Origin: a virus
Lineage: Duplodnaviria; Caudoviricetes
Direction: 5' to 3' (one strand)
Length of the DNA: 64,000 nt
Virus record (IMG/VR): IMGVR_UViG_3300044645_001738
Span: 19,978 to 83,977 of that record
In this document: in pieces, positions 35,946-46,345 of the stretch
Position numbering within the stretch: the stretch's first letter is position 1
How the letters are laid out: the number at the start of each line of letters is the position of its first letter
Notes under the pieces: generated by a model
Told to the model about the DNA's origin: nothing
The model's database searches: none
Seen by the model: the letters and a program-made list of their open reading frames with translations, nothing else
Translations under genes and position numbers: made by a program

Positions 35946-37561
35946 GGCTTACGAAACACCAAAAGGTTTTGAAGGAACCAACCCATATGATAACCCTTCT
36001 CAATAAAGGAAATTAACTGGGCTTCAATTACCCAGTCATGAATCAAACCTGTATCTTCAAGTAGCAGTTTCCAATAGTCTTTGGTTTGACAGTTAATGTG
36101 ACCAACGCCACCTTGGCCTGGTTTAGCGGCGGTCCAAATTAACACGCCGCCAGGTTCCAGTGCTTGATGCATTGTGTCAACAATCCGCTGATTCTCAGAC
36201 CCATCAATGTGCTCTGCCACTTCCATGCATAAGACGACAGGTGCAGAATGCTCAAGATCAAAAAGACTCTTGCAAAGAAGGCGATCTTGATTCTCGACAC
36301 GCAAATCAGTGTCATAACCAATGCAATCAATTCCAAGGTCAGTAAAGCAATCAACATAAGTACCTGGCCCGCAACCAAGATCTAGTACATGTGTGGGATG
36401 AAGATTCTCCCCAATCCAACTTGTGAGTCGCTTTGCGAATGGACGTTCTTCGGCATCGAGGTGATTGTAGTCAATCCTGGACGGCTCTCGTAACTGATAC
36501 CAACCCGCGTGGTGAAGAGCATCGATTGTTTTAAAGATCTTGTCATATTTTGCTCCACAGGCTTCCAGGCTGTAACGAGACCTGGCAGTGGCGGCAACTA
36601 CCTGACGGTCGAGATCTCCTGCTGCGTGGATGGCGTCAATCCAATCTTGGAGAGTATGGCAGCGAAAACCTGTGCAACCTTCGATAATGGTTTCAGTAAA
36701 GGCTCCGTAATCAACTGCAATTAACGGAGTGCCGCACAACATTGCTTCTACGCCACTGCCGCCGAATGGCTCAGTGAAATTAGTTGGCATCAAAGCTGCA
36801 CGTGCTTTACCTAAGAAATCAGACCGCTCACGACCTACCAACGGACCGCCGTACTTAATGTTCGGATGGCTCCAGGGGGTTGGATCACCTTGACCGTGGA
36901 TGACAATTGGCCATGGACTGTGGCTTGCCAATTCCTTAATGGTGTCCATCCCTTTGACTGAACAGATGCGTCCAAGGAATGCAAGATATTCTCCGTCTTC
37001 GTAACAAGGATCCCAATCAGACAATTCAAAGTAATTGGGCACAACCCATTCGTAGTTTTTGCCTTGCCTTTTTTCTTGTCCCTGGTGGTAATGCATCCAG
37101 GCGTACGACTCGAAGATCCGAAAACTGTTCGGCATCAAAGTCGGATACCCAATCCCCGTTTCTACATGGTGATGAGTGGGGAACTTCTCCATGAGAATTT
37201 GATGGGCGTGCCCGAAGGGATGACAAATAATGTCACGTGGCTCCAGGCGTTTACGCATCTCGACAATTAAACGTTCTTCAAATGCTTGATGCCCTTCGCT
37301 GCCAATGGTTGCATCGTTGCCATGGAAGTCGGTTTTCTTCCGATCACCGTAAAACTTCTTGAATTCTTTCTCGGTCAGGATTGGTACGTGCTCTGTTGCG
37401 CCAGCTTCACTTCCTTCGTTGCTGTACTCAATCACGTCATAGCCATACGCCTGCATCATCTTGGGAAAACGCAAAGCCTTACCAGTAAATGCACAGTGAG
37501 AGTATTGACTGGTTGCCTGTGTGTGAAAGATCCCAATCAGATGCAGGCGAGGTTTTGCCAT
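35942..37561 (-). CDS. GT4 glycosyltransferase fused to class I SAM methyltransferase
   Basis: FLGRI..KG, EPFGG..VEAMLCGTPLI; C-terminal VLDLGCGPG, CMEVAEH, GHINCQ..YW. Confidence 0.88.
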   Translation of the reverse strand: MAKPRLHLIGIFHTQATSQYSHCAFTGKALRFPKMMQAYGYDVIEYSNEGSEAGATEHVPILTEKEFKKFYGDRKKTDFHGNDATIGSEGHQAFEERLIVEMRKRLEPRDIICHPFGHAHQILMEKFPTHHHVETGIGYPTLMPNSFRIFESYAWMHYHQGQEKRQGKNYEWVVPNYFELSDWDPCYEDGEYLAFLGRICSVKGMDTIKELASHSPWPIVIHGQGDPTPWSHPNIKYGGPLVGRERSDFLGKARAALMPTNFTEPFGGSGVEAMLCGTPLIAVDYGAFTETIIEGCTGFRCHTLQDWIDAIHAAGDLDRQVVAATARSRYSLEACGAKYDKIFKTIDALHHAGWYQLREPSRIDYNHLDAEERPFAKRLTSWIGENLHPTHVLDLGCGPGTYVDCFTDLGIDCIGYDTDLRVENQDRLLCKSLFDLEHSAPVVLCMEVAEHIDGSENQRIVDTMHQALEPGGVLIWTAAKPGQGGVGHINCQTKDYWKLLLEDTGLIHDWVIEAQLISFIEKGYHMGWFLQNLLVFRKP

Positions 37562-37605
37562 TGTCAACAAACACTATGACGGTGAAGGAACCAATTGTAT
37601 CCCGT

Positions 37606-38544
37606 CTACCAAGAATAAATTAGAACCAGGCCTGCGCCACCGTTTCCACCAGCGCCACTTCCACCTGTGGTACCACCAGCACCACCGCCTCCTCCACCGG
37701 AACCGACGCGGCCGTCACCTCCGCGGCCGCCAAGTGCGTTGCCGCTGTTACAGCCACCGCCAGACCCACCGGTAGAAAGTAGCGGAGTGTTGCGTTGGTG
37801 CCCAGGACTGCCAATGCCTGCAGTGGCACCTGCCGCACCACCGTTCAACGTTGGAAACAGGTTCAAGACAGCGGTCTGAGATGCTGGCGCTGTGATGTTG
37901 CCCCCTGCGCCAGTAGAGCCACCTCCACCGCCTGCACCACCGGAGAGGAGCAGTCCGGTCGTTGGGTATGTGATTGCGCCCCCTGCACCGTTAGCGACTG
38001 CACCACCAGCACCACCGGCCTGTCCTGCAAGAAAAAAGCTAGTTCCCAGTCCAGCCAATATAGAGTTGGCTACTGTTGCAACTGCACCAGCACCACCCGC
38101 CGATCCTACAACCGTCGCTGTAGCCGCTGTAGTGCCCGCGCTTCCAGGGTTGGCAAAACATACGGTGTAGATAGCGGCAGTCGCTGGAGCGATTGAAACA
38201 TAAGATCCAATACCATTAGCCCCAAGAGTGCCGACAGTAGTTGAGGAAGCACCACCGTTACCGCCAAGACCTGCTGAAACGTACAACAGATCAGGCAATA
38301 AAGCAGCAGGAATTTCTACTGTTGAGATGCCGCTACTGCCACCGCCACCGCCACCGCCTCGGTTTCCTGTGGCCGCTGGAAAACCACCGCCGCCGCCTCC
38401 GCCGCCGCCAATGCAGACGATGCGAACCATGGCAATACCTGCTGGTTTCTCCCAGGGAACCCACTGTGTGTTGGCGTTTGCAAAACCTGGGAATACGTCG
38501 ACAAAACCGTTTTGCGGCTTTGGAACGCTGAATACGTTAATCAT
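37606..38544 (-). CDS. glycine-rich virion protein
   Basis: W.KP.G...V..IGGGGGGGGG..G.GG.G.V.I..W architecture. Confidence 0.75.
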   Translation of the reverse strand: MINVFSVPKPQNGFVDVFPGFANANTQWVPWEKPAGIAMVRIVCIGGGGGGGGGFPAATGNRGGGGGGGSSGISTVEIPAALLPDLLYVSAGLGGNGGASSTTVGTLGANGIGSYVSIAPATAAIYTVCFANPGSAGTTAATATVVGSAGGAGAVATVANSILAGLGTSFFLAGQAGGAGGAVANGAGGAITYPTTGLLLSGGAGGGGGSTGAGGNITAPASQTAVLNLFPTLNGGAAGATAGIGSPGHQRNTPLLSTGGSGGGCNSGNALGGRGGDGRVGSGGGGGGAGGTTGGSGAGGNGGAGLVLIYSW

Positions 38545-38996
38545 CAGTAGTCACCTCCAATCGCCAATCCCTGCCAGTTGGAGTTGGTGTTTTGAGCAAC
38601 GGATTGCGCCACGAGTAGGAATCTGTTAGCTGGAATTGCAAAGTTAAACGGAATCTCGATTTGGTAGGGCGCAGTTGTTACTGCCGAGACAGTTTGCGCT
38701 GCAGCCTGAACTATCGCAAGCAAGTCGGTGTTGGCTGCTGTTGTGGCACCAGTATTGACAGTGGATGAGTACACTTGCAGTGTAGTGGCAACAGAGCTAA
38801 TAACACTTGTGGTTGAAACGAATGAGAAGCGGAATTTTTGTATGTAAGAGCCGTTTACGCCAGATGTAAATGCTACGAAACAGTTGGTCCCTACTGTACC
38901 AGGGGCCGTGGTATTAGTGTTTGTGGCTGTAGTCAAGATGTCGGCATGACTGACGTTTGGGGTTAACGTCCAAATGGGCGAAGTGTTAGCGGGCAT
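38544..38996 (-). CDS. small beta-rich virion protein
   Basis: MPANTSPIW..GGDY pattern found beside fibre genes. Confidence 0.7.
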   Translation of the reverse strand: MPANTSPIWTLTPNVSHADILTTATNTNTTAPGTVGTNCFVAFTSGVNGSYIQKFRFSFVSTTSVISSVATTLQVYSSTVNTGATTAANTDLLAIVQAAAQTVSAVTTAPYQIEIPFNFAIPANRFLLVAQSVAQNTNSNWQGLAIGGDY

Positions 38997-39014
38997 GGCG
39001 GGTAAAAGTAAATG

Positions 39015-41015
39015 TTAGGGCATTGCTGCGCCGTAGTGAATAGCAAGAATATCACCGTATTTTGTTGCGCCTGCAGGGCCAGTAGCCCCTGTTGCACCTG
39101 ATACACCTATTACACCAGTAGCTCCTGTAATGCCTATCACTCCTGTGGCACCTGTAACACCAGTGGGGCCAGCAACGCCCGTGGCACCGGTAGTACCTTG
39201 AACACCTGTCGCCCCTGTAATTCCAACAACTCCTGTGGCACCTGTTATTCCTACACCTGTTGCACCTGTTGGTCCGGTGATTCCCACACCAGTGGCACCT
39301 GTTGGTCCCGTGATTCCAGTGGCACCTGTTACGCCCTGAACACCTGTGGCACCGGTGATTCCAATAACACCCGTCGCACCTTGTACGCCAGTTGCGCCGG
39401 TAACACCTGTTACACCTGTAGCACCTGCAACGCCTGTAGCACCTTGAACACCTGTTGCTCCCGTAGTTCCAGCAACTCCTGTAGCGCCGGTTATTCCTAC
39501 ACCTGTGGCACCAGTTGGCCCGGTGGCACCTTGTGGTCCGCTAACCAACGCTAAGAATACAGCTAGGTTATTCGCAAAGTTTGTCGAGCCCGTACCACCG
39601 GATGCAACTAAAGTTGCTGGATATGTCCAGTAGCTGGTTGACGTGCCAGGATTAACGTTCGTTGGGGTGCCGTTAACTTTCCATGTTTGGTAATTAGAAC
39701 TGGAGCCTTGGTCCTGGATTGTAATAATTTCTGTATTGAAAACTTGCGCAAGAAAGATATCGATATCAATCGCATCGCTTGTTAAATGGCTAACGTTGAT
39801 TTGCGTTGCACTTGCTTGTGTTGCGTTGTTCCAAATTACAAAACCTGCGCCTGGATCTCCGCTTGTAATTGTTGTCTTTGCGGAATACTTAAAGAGGCTG
39901 GAAGAAAAACCTTGTGGGCCAGTCGCACCAGTGGGACCTGCAACACCAGTAGCGCCAACACCCGTGGCACCTTGTACGCCTGTAGCGCCAGTGGAACCCT
40001 GCACACCCGTAGCACCAGTGGCTCCTGTAACGCCCTGTATGCCGGTTGCACCTGTGATACCAACAACGCCTGTGGCACCTTGCACGCCAGTGGCACCTGT
40101 GGCTCCTGTAGCGCCTTGCGTACCAGTGGCACCGGTAACTCCTGCGACACCGGTAGCACCCGTGGGACCAGTTATGCCCTGAACTCCGGTAGCACCTGTG
40201 ACACCGGTAGGACCCGCAATGCCTGTTGCGCCCGTTACTCCAGTAACTCCTTGGATACCAGTGGGACCTTGTATGCCAGTGGCACCTGTTGGACCGGTAA
40301 TACCTTGAACACCAGTGGCACCAGTAGGGCCGTCAATACCTGTGGCACCGGTGGGACCAGTGGGTCCATCTACGCCTGTTACACCTTGAATACCCGTGGC
40401 ACCTGTGATACCAATGGGGCCTGTAGCGCCGGTAACTCCAGTGACACCTGTAGGACCAGCTACGCCTGTAGGACCGGTAATACCTTGAATACCAGTTGCG
40501 CCTTGTGGACCAGTGACGCCTTGTATGCCGCTCGCACCTGTAGGGCCACTTGGACCTGTGGGGCCTGTAGTACCAGAGGGACCAGTAGGGCCGGTGGGGC
40601 CGCCACTAGGGCCAGTGGGACCTGTCGGGCCAATCATTGTATAGACCTTCGCCAGACCGGCGGAATCGTATACAACCCAATCTGCGTTCTCATTGAGGAC
40701 CACAGATTCGCCAGCGAGAAGCAAACCGGTCCACACCGTGGTTGTTAGTGCACCATCAGTGTGATTGATGGTAATACTGTTGCTTAAAGTTGGATCATCA
40801 TTCTTGATAAAACAGGTTCTTAAGTTGCGCTGAATAGTAGAGGTTGTGGGACCAGTGACAATTGTAGTTGTTGTGGCAGTTGTGATATTGGTGTCAAGTC
40901 TACCGGCGGACACATTACCGCTGTTGTTATCTGCAAACGCAGCATGAACTTCAACATTCGTTGCCGCCGAAGTAACAATACGAACAGCATCCGACGTGGA
41001 AGTCAGCAGTAACAT
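39015..41015 (-). CDS. collagen-like fibre protein with GXT triplets
   Basis: Two long (G-X-T/Q)n blocks ([12 protein letters not shown]) interrupted by a globular domain of about 120 aa. Confidence 0.9.
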   Translation of the reverse strand: MLLLTSTSDAVRIVTSAATNVEVHAAFADNNSGNVSAGRLDTNITTATTTTIVTGPTTSTIQRNLRTCFIKNDDPTLSNSITINHTDGALTTTVWTGLLLAGESVVLNENADWVVYDSAGLAKVYTMIGPTGPTGPSGGPTGPTGPSGTTGPTGPSGPTGASGIQGVTGPQGATGIQGITGPTGVAGPTGVTGVTGATGPIGITGATGIQGVTGVDGPTGPTGATGIDGPTGATGVQGITGPTGATGIQGPTGIQGVTGVTGATGIAGPTGVTGATGVQGITGPTGATGVAGVTGATGTQGATGATGATGVQGATGVVGITGATGIQGVTGATGATGVQGSTGATGVQGATGVGATGVAGPTGATGPQGFSSSLFKYSAKTTITSGDPGAGFVIWNNATQASATQINVSHLTSDAIDIDIFLAQVFNTEIITIQDQGSSSNYQTWKVNGTPTNVNPGTSTSYWTYPATLVASGGTGSTNFANNLAVFLALVSGPQGATGPTGATGVGITGATGVAGTTGATGVQGATGVAGATGVTGVTGATGVQGATGVIGITGATGVQGVTGATGITGPTGATGVGITGPTGATGVGITGATGVVGITGATGVQGTTGATGVAGPTGVTGATGVIGITGATGVIGVSGATGATGPAGATKYGDILAIHYGAAMP

Positions 41016-41056
41016 TTCAGCCTACCTACCGTAATAATCTATTTTAATCTATTTGC

Positions 41057-42694
41057 TTAAGTTGCGGGCATGCCGCCTTGAGAAGGAATGTACAGATTTC
41101 CTTCCTTGTCAAACATTGAGAAGCCTTGCATGCGAATAAAGGTCGACGGTACGTTAAACAGTTTCTGCATCATTGGCATCATCATTGGTGCCTGGCAGTT
41201 ATACGGTGGTACGTCCATGTAAGAAACGGCGTGCCTGGCTAGTTCGACACTGATTCTTTCTTGGTTTTTTTCATTTGTATCCACAAGTTGTTGTTCCCAT
41301 TCAACTAAACTGCCGTTGCTTATTGGAACATCTGACGGCTCGGGCGGGAATACTCCCTCCTTAAAGCGCATTGCGTAAACATGTTTGCAATACCGAAATT
41401 CATCTAAGACTGGGGTCCACGTATCCGTCAAGGATACCAACTCATTTCCTACCGTGGAGTAGTCAGCGTAAGTCGGCAAGCCGTCTGATTTTGCACCAGG
41501 TAATGCTGGGTCTGTCCCTCTTAAGTAAACAGAGCCAAAGTCTGTAAACAAACCAGGACTGTCCCTGGTCGTACCTTCTACTACCGATGAGTTTGGTGTG
41601 ATGGTTGGTGGAACATTATATTCTGGTGCAGGGGCAACAATCTGCATTCCACGATTGACATTACCTGGTGTCATTGCATTATTGTTGACGAGACCATTGA
41701 GCGTAATGATTTCCTTGCGACCAGGCTTCACGTTGCCGATGCTATTCCTGGGGAAACATCTACGGTTGGAATCTTTTAGATTCATCATGAATGCATAATC
41801 TCGCCTTGTGAAATCTTGGCAAGAACAGCAGTAACGCGTACCCGTCATGAAGAAACGCCCCACGTTTGGCGGCCTGGTAGCAGGAGTAACCAGTGCTCGA
41901 TCTGGGGTTGCCTCAACGGAACCACGCTTGCGAAGTGTCAATACACCCGTGAATGGGTTGGTGTCTACCAGGATGGCTTGAACGTATCCGTAGCGCTTCT
42001 GTGTTAACGGATCAATCGTATCCCTGGTAATCGGCACACCATTCTGAGTGATAATTCGATCCTCTAAGATCTCACCGTTAATTGCCTTGAGTCCCCCTGG
42101 TACTCCTGGGAGTGCAACGTATAGCGGAGGTGGTAATGGATTTTGTGTACTCCAATCACCAGCCAACTGGACGTACCAATACTCATCATCTTCCGTTACG
42201 GAAGCAATCGAAGCAGTTCTTGTGGTTATGTAAAATTGCGGATCAAACCACTGACCAATGTTTTCATAGTTGTTGAATTGCGCGGCATGCCAATAGAACG
42301 GATTGGTAACGCGAGTGTTGCGTATGTTATCAAACCGAAGACTTCCTGCGACCCGGATCCCGGACCAGTGCATCCCAAACTCTTTGTTGACTGTTGGGAA
42401 ACCTTTGAAGATACCAGGCAATACTGGTGGGTTAGACCCAGGGGTTGATGTTGCTCCTTGTGGGATTGGTACTTGGTATAAGAATGGATATTCGTACGAC
42501 GTATCCGTTACCGATGCTGTGGCCAGCTCGTAACCACGGCGCCAACGTGCCCAAGAGGACTCCCGATCGAGAGCCGCAAAAGAGTTTGGGACGCTGCCCT
42601 GTGAAAACTCTGTTGTAATCGGTTTTACTTTTGGCGGTTCAAAAGCTCGTTGCTTGCTGAAACCGTCAAACGAACCACCAAATTTTTTTGGCAT
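41057..42694 (-). CDS. hypothetical protein with split SWIM-like motif
   Basis: YCCSCQDF ... YCKHVYA separated by about 140 aa. Confidence 0.65.
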   Translation of the reverse strand: MPKKFGGSFDGFSKQRAFEPPKVKPITTEFSQGSVPNSFAALDRESSWARWRRGYELATASVTDTSYEYPFLYQVPIPQGATSTPGSNPPVLPGIFKGFPTVNKEFGMHWSGIRVAGSLRFDNIRNTRVTNPFYWHAAQFNNYENIGQWFDPQFYITTRTASIASVTEDDEYWYVQLAGDWSTQNPLPPPLYVALPGVPGGLKAINGEILEDRIITQNGVPITRDTIDPLTQKRYGYVQAILVDTNPFTGVLTLRKRGSVEATPDRALVTPATRPPNVGRFFMTGTRYCCSCQDFTRRDYAFMMNLKDSNRRCFPRNSIGNVKPGRKEIITLNGLVNNNAMTPGNVNRGMQIVAPAPEYNVPPTITPNSSVVEGTTRDSPGLFTDFGSVYLRGTDPALPGAKSDGLPTYADYSTVGNELVSLTDTWTPVLDEFRYCKHVYAMRFKEGVFPPEPSDVPISNGSLVEWEQQLVDTNEKNQERISVELARHAVSYMDVPPYNCQAPMMMPMMQKLFNVPSTFIRMQGFSMFDKEGNLYIPSQGGMPAT

Positions 42695-42697
42695 TGA

Positions 42698-43483
42698 TTA
42701 GAAGAAGCCGCCTTGCGCAGCAACGTGCACACCTGGGATGTAACCAGAACTATTGGGACCATCCGGGAACACGCCAACGTAAACACGATCGCCACGCTCA
42801 AGGTAAATTCCTTTGTTACGCAGTGGAGCTGTAGTACCAAGGCCGTTGGTATTACCTGCGCTCACACTGGGAACTGCCAGTTGTGGCATCACATCCGAAC
42901 AGTCAACCACACCGCTGTTTGCGGGGATTGTTTTGGCGAATAACACTTTGTAGTCACCAGAGCCAGGGATTGGTGTGGTTGTGCCACGTGTCTGGTAAAA
43001 GACAAAGGTAGCAGCGGGTTGATCCCCGTATGCAATACCGTTGTACAAGAAACCAGACGTAGTACCGCCCGAATAATTCAATGCACTGTTGACGCCTGTC
43101 AGCGTGCCAGAACCGGTGTATGTGTAATAGCCGTAACCACTGTATGGTGCGCCAGCACCAGTGAGAGAACCTGTGGCGGATACAAAAACAATCTGTCCGC
43201 TAACCAGGGAGACTGGTGTTCCTGACGTTGTGGAATTTACTGTATAGTCGGGGCCGCGATAAAAATCGTTACGTGTGATCGTGATGGAATCAATGACACC
43301 GCCACTGTTATTGTCTTCGCTCAGTGACGCATCCATGTCTACCAAGATGGAAGGCGCTTGGCCACCTTGGACAAACAAAGTATTACTTGCTGCACTACCA
43401 ACGGTTTGCGTTGTAACACGCACCGAATCAAATAAGGGCCTATCAACCAACAGTGGCTGCTTGTTTGTAGATGTCGAGCTCAA
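42698..43483 (-). CDS. virion structural protein (hypothetical)
   Basis: Ser/Thr/Gly-rich 261-aa ORF, TTG start. Confidence 0.65.
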   Translation of the reverse strand: MSSTSTNKQPLLVDRPLFDSVRVTTQTVGSAASNTLFVQGGQAPSILVDMDASLSEDNNSGGVIDSITITRNDFYRGPDYTVNSTTSGTPVSLVSGQIVFVSATGSLTGAGAPYSGYGYYTYTGSGTLTGVNSALNYSGGTTSGFLYNGIAYGDQPAATFVFYQTRGTTTPIPGSGDYKVLFAKTIPANSGVVDCSDVMPQLAVPSVSAGNTNGLGTTAPLRNKGIYLERGDRVYVGVFPDGPNSSGYIPGVHVAAQGGFF

Positions 43484-43546
43484 AGTAGACTTAACACCCT
43501 ATCTCTGTTATATTGATAGGGTCCCCGAGAAACTCCCTTTATTCTA

Positions 43547-44146
43547 ATGGTCCAAACTGTTTTTACTTGCAAGAATTGTGGCAAAATTTTTGAACGTTCT
43601 GGCATGGCTGGGGCTACGTGCCGGGCTCGGGTAAGGCAACGTGGTTATGTTTTTTGTTCTAAAGGCTGTGGCAGCTACAAGCACGGTGGGTACAAAAATC
43701 AAGACTCGGAATATTGCTCGTGGAACGCAATGAAGTCTCGTTGCAATAATTTAAACCATGGCTCTTATGCCCGCTATGGAGGCCGTGGTATTACGTATGA
43801 TCCATCATGGGAAATTTATACAAATTTTCTTACTGACATGGGGCCAAAGCCAAGCCCTGAAATGGAGTTAGAAAGAATAGACAATGACAAAAACTATTGT
43901 AAAGAAAATTGCCGCTGGGCCACGCATAAAGAACAGACTCGCAACCGTGGCGGAAAACGTGCAACACGTCTTTACACGTTTAACGGGAAAACTCAATGCA
44001 TTGCCGATTGGGCAAAAGAAGTTGGCATCAGCCCGCAATCAATGCAAAAACGGCTCAACAATGATTGGCCTTTGGAAAAAGCGTTTTCCAAAGAAAGGCA
44101 CGACGCAAAAGGCAAACCACAAGTAAAGCCAAGGCAGAATACCTAA
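43547..44146 (+). CDS. HNH-type homing endonuclease
   Basis: SWNAMKSRC..YGGRGI..W..F..DMG..LERIDN..Y..ENCRWAT..Q.RN; inserted antisense in the structural run. Confidence 0.88.
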   Translation: MVQTVFTCKNCGKIFERSGMAGATCRARVRQRGYVFCSKGCGSYKHGGYKNQDSEYCSWNAMKSRCNNLNHGSYARYGGRGITYDPSWEIYTNFLTDMGPKPSPEMELERIDNDKNYCKENCRWATHKEQTRNRGGKRATRLYTFNGKTQCIADWAKEVGISPQSMQKRLNNDWPLEKAFSKERHDAKGKPQVKPRQNT

Positions 44147-44148
44147 CG

Positions 44149-44415
44149 TCAACCACCCATGCCTGACATCGCCATAAAAGCTTGGAAATTTGCGGGCAAT
44201 TTCATCTTGGATTCAACCAAGGCATTGGGATTGTTTTGTAATGCAAGGAAACGACCGAACAGATTACCGTCTTCCGCTGGTTGAAATTTAAATTTCTGAG
44301 CGGCTAGGTAATCTGTTTCAGCTTGTGGTTCTGAGAGGAAGCTATCGCCAATCCCAACTTTCAAGGCTTCGCTTGGAAGGTAATCATACTCAGAGTATTT
44401 GTAAAAACGAGACAT
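44149..44415 (-). CDS. hypothetical protein
   Basis: 88-aa ORF. Confidence 0.65.
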   Translation of the reverse strand: MSRFYKYSEYDYLPSEALKVGIGDSFLSEPQAETDYLAAQKFKFQPAEDGNLFGRFLALQNNPNALVESKMKLPANFQAFMAMSGMGG

Positions 44416-44420
44416 TGTGA

Positions 44421-45104
44421 TTACCCAAGGAAGCCAAAAGGATTAAGCAAATTAGGAAGCATTGAACCAAGTACTTCTGCTACCAATTGATTGGCAGTAG
44501 CTTTCCTCTGTTCTAATACTGGTTTTTGCATTCCAGAAAATGCAGCCCCTAAGATGCTTTCAACAGACAACTTATTACTTGCTCCGGTGGTTGCCGGGGC
44601 AATCGAAGGAGTAGAAGGAGCTTGCTTCATTCCTTCTTCATAAAACTTCTGAATGTCTGTTTGTTTTTTGACCGGCTGTCCGTAGTAACTAGCGCCTCCC
44701 ATCGTGGGAAAAGACGCCCACTCTGGGGCCAATCTTGCTTGAATTTGCGGACTCATGCCTTGTTTTGAAAGGGCGGCTAAACCGCCAACAGGCATCAGAC
44801 GGTTTCTTGCCAAATAAGCAAGGGCACGATCTTGGTTTTGGGGAGAAAAGTCACTTAGTCCCAAGGCTTTTTGTGCGCCTGCCCAAGTGTCTGGCATGAA
44901 TTGACCAATTCCTGCAGCCGCACTTGAGTATCCACCTGAACGAATGACTTTATCCGGATGTTTACTGTAGTCATTAAAACGCCCACCGCCAAACATGACG
45001 TTATAATCTGAACCCTCTGCTCGTTTGATGGCATTTTTTAAGCCAGCAAACTGCTGAGGATTAGACCGCATCCATTGATCAATTAGTTCACGTGTGGATG
45101 ACAT
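44421..45104 (-). CDS. lambda-R-like lysozyme/transglycosylase (GH104-like), probably virion-associated
   Basis: AI..AEG..YNVMFGG..F..HP..SAAAG..QF..TW..FSP.NQD..EWASFP..YGQ. Confidence 0.88.
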   Translation of the reverse strand: MSSTRELIDQWMRSNPQQFAGLKNAIKRAEGSDYNVMFGGGRFNDYSKHPDKVIRSGGYSSAAAGIGQFMPDTWAGAQKALGLSDFSPQNQDRALAYLARNRLMPVGGLAALSKQGMSPQIQARLAPEWASFPTMGGASYYGQPVKKQTDIQKFYEEGMKQAPSTPSIAPATTGASNKLSVESILGAAFSGMQKPVLEQRKATANQLVAEVLGSMLPNLLNPFGFLG

Positions 45105-45108
45105 ACTA

Positions 45109-45231
45109 TTAGCTTTCGGCTCCTACCCAATTTGAACTTGCTCTGAGACCAGGGATAAATACTGTTTGAAGAACCAGTGTTGATGCCAGGTAGGTCAGGG
45201 TTCGTTTAACAAATTTTGGGCAGAGAATCAT
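45109..45231 (-). CDS. 40-aa signal-peptide-like ORF (not in ORF track)
   Basis: MILCPKFVKRTLTYLASTLVLQTVFIPGLRASSNWVGAES*. Confidence 0.5.
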   Translation of the reverse strand: MILCPKFVKRTLTYLASTLVLQTVFIPGLRASSNWVGAES

Positions 45232-45317
45232 GGGTTTAAAGCAACTACACTGGCCCCCGTGAATCAAAAGATTCGTGTCCAGTCGGCTGGGCTTACATGC
45301 TTTGCAATGCCAGGGTA

Positions 45318-46343
45318 TTACTTTTGTGTAGTGAAAATGGAGTCCTTGAACATTTCCAGGAGCCTTTGGGCCTCTGGCCCCTTAGGGTCAAACTTATCAA
45401 CAGCGGACCCCATTGGTTGGATGCCTGTTGCGCCTGCGTATGAGGCAGTGGGCATTTCTGAGGGGAAGCCTAGGGGGGCGCTCTGAAGTGTGGGGCCCTG
45501 ACTGAAACCAGCATAAGGAGCTGCAGAGGCACCAGCGAAGGCATTCCTCGGCACAGTGGAAAGACCTAATCCTTGGGCCACCTTGCCAGCATCATAAGAA
45601 GCAGGAGAAATAGGGGGCGTAGTTCCAAGGGGGGAGTTGGTGTCAAACGGTAAGTTCAACGGTGAGCCCATCTGACCCGCGCCAAGGGTACGTTGGATGA
45701 CATCGTAACCAGCCTGACCGGGCTTAACGCGTGACGCAAGATCTCCTGGTTTGTTATATTTTTTTGCCCAAATCTGCATCCCAAGATCTTCTGCAGATTG
45801 TTCGGCAGCAGAACCAGGGCCTGCAAGTTTTGCCTTTTGGCGAGCGTCTTCGTAACGCTGGAGCTCAGGGTCTTGAGCGGTTAGCTGGGCAACACGAGAA
45901 ACTTCCTGCTGGTAAGCGAGTTCTGCTGCTGAGCGATCGCCAAGGGGAGGCGGTAAATCTGGGGCGGGCGGCGCAGATGTAGGTCTTCCAACAATAGTAT
46001 TAAATCGTGTGGTTTCGCCACGGGGAATGTATACAGCATTAGCCCCCTGCTGCGCTAAATCCCAGGTGCGTCCTACAACGTTTACATTGCCGGGCATATT
46101 TGAGCGATTATTCCATCCCCCAGGAACGACCAACTGATTCTTGCCTTGCATTTGAGTTGCAAAAGCTGTCGGCGGTTTTGTAATGCCGAAAAAAGAACCA
46201 ATTCCTTGTACAGCCGCTTCTAAGGGATTTGCAGAATACAAGCCAATTCCGCGACCGGCTTGCAGACGTTTCTGTACTTGCGCCTGATCAGCGGCCCGAC
46301 GCTGTTTTGCCTGAGCGCGTTGTTGTTCAGAATAAGACGCCAT
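45318..46343 (-). CDS. Pro/Ala/Gln-rich virion (ejection-like) protein
   Basis: Low-complexity ORF in the structural run. Confidence 0.6.
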   Translation of the reverse strand: MASYSEQQRAQAKQRRAADQAQVQKRLQAGRGIGLYSANPLEAAVQGIGSFFGITKPPTAFATQMQGKNQLVVPGGWNNRSNMPGNVNVVGRTWDLAQQGANAVYIPRGETTRFNTIVGRPTSAPPAPDLPPPLGDRSAAELAYQQEVSRVAQLTAQDPELQRYEDARQKAKLAGPGSAAEQSAEDLGMQIWAKKYNKPGDLASRVKPGQAGYDVIQRTLGAGQMGSPLNLPFDTNSPLGTTPPISPASYDAGKVAQGLGLSTVPRNAFAGASAAPYAGFSQGPTLQSAPLGFPSEMPTASYAGATGIQPMGSAVDKFDPKGPEAQRLLEMFKDSIFTTQK

Positions 46344-46345
46344 CT

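Noticed and set aside
39198-40748. Cys/Thr- or Pro/Val-rich + strand ORFs over the collagen gene (similar ones at 24635-26684 and 37667-38629)
   Set aside because: Products of low-complexity repeats that lack stops in other frames.
45933-45940. HIP1 octamer GCGATCGC
   Set aside because: Only one copy noticed by eye; no evidence of enrichment.
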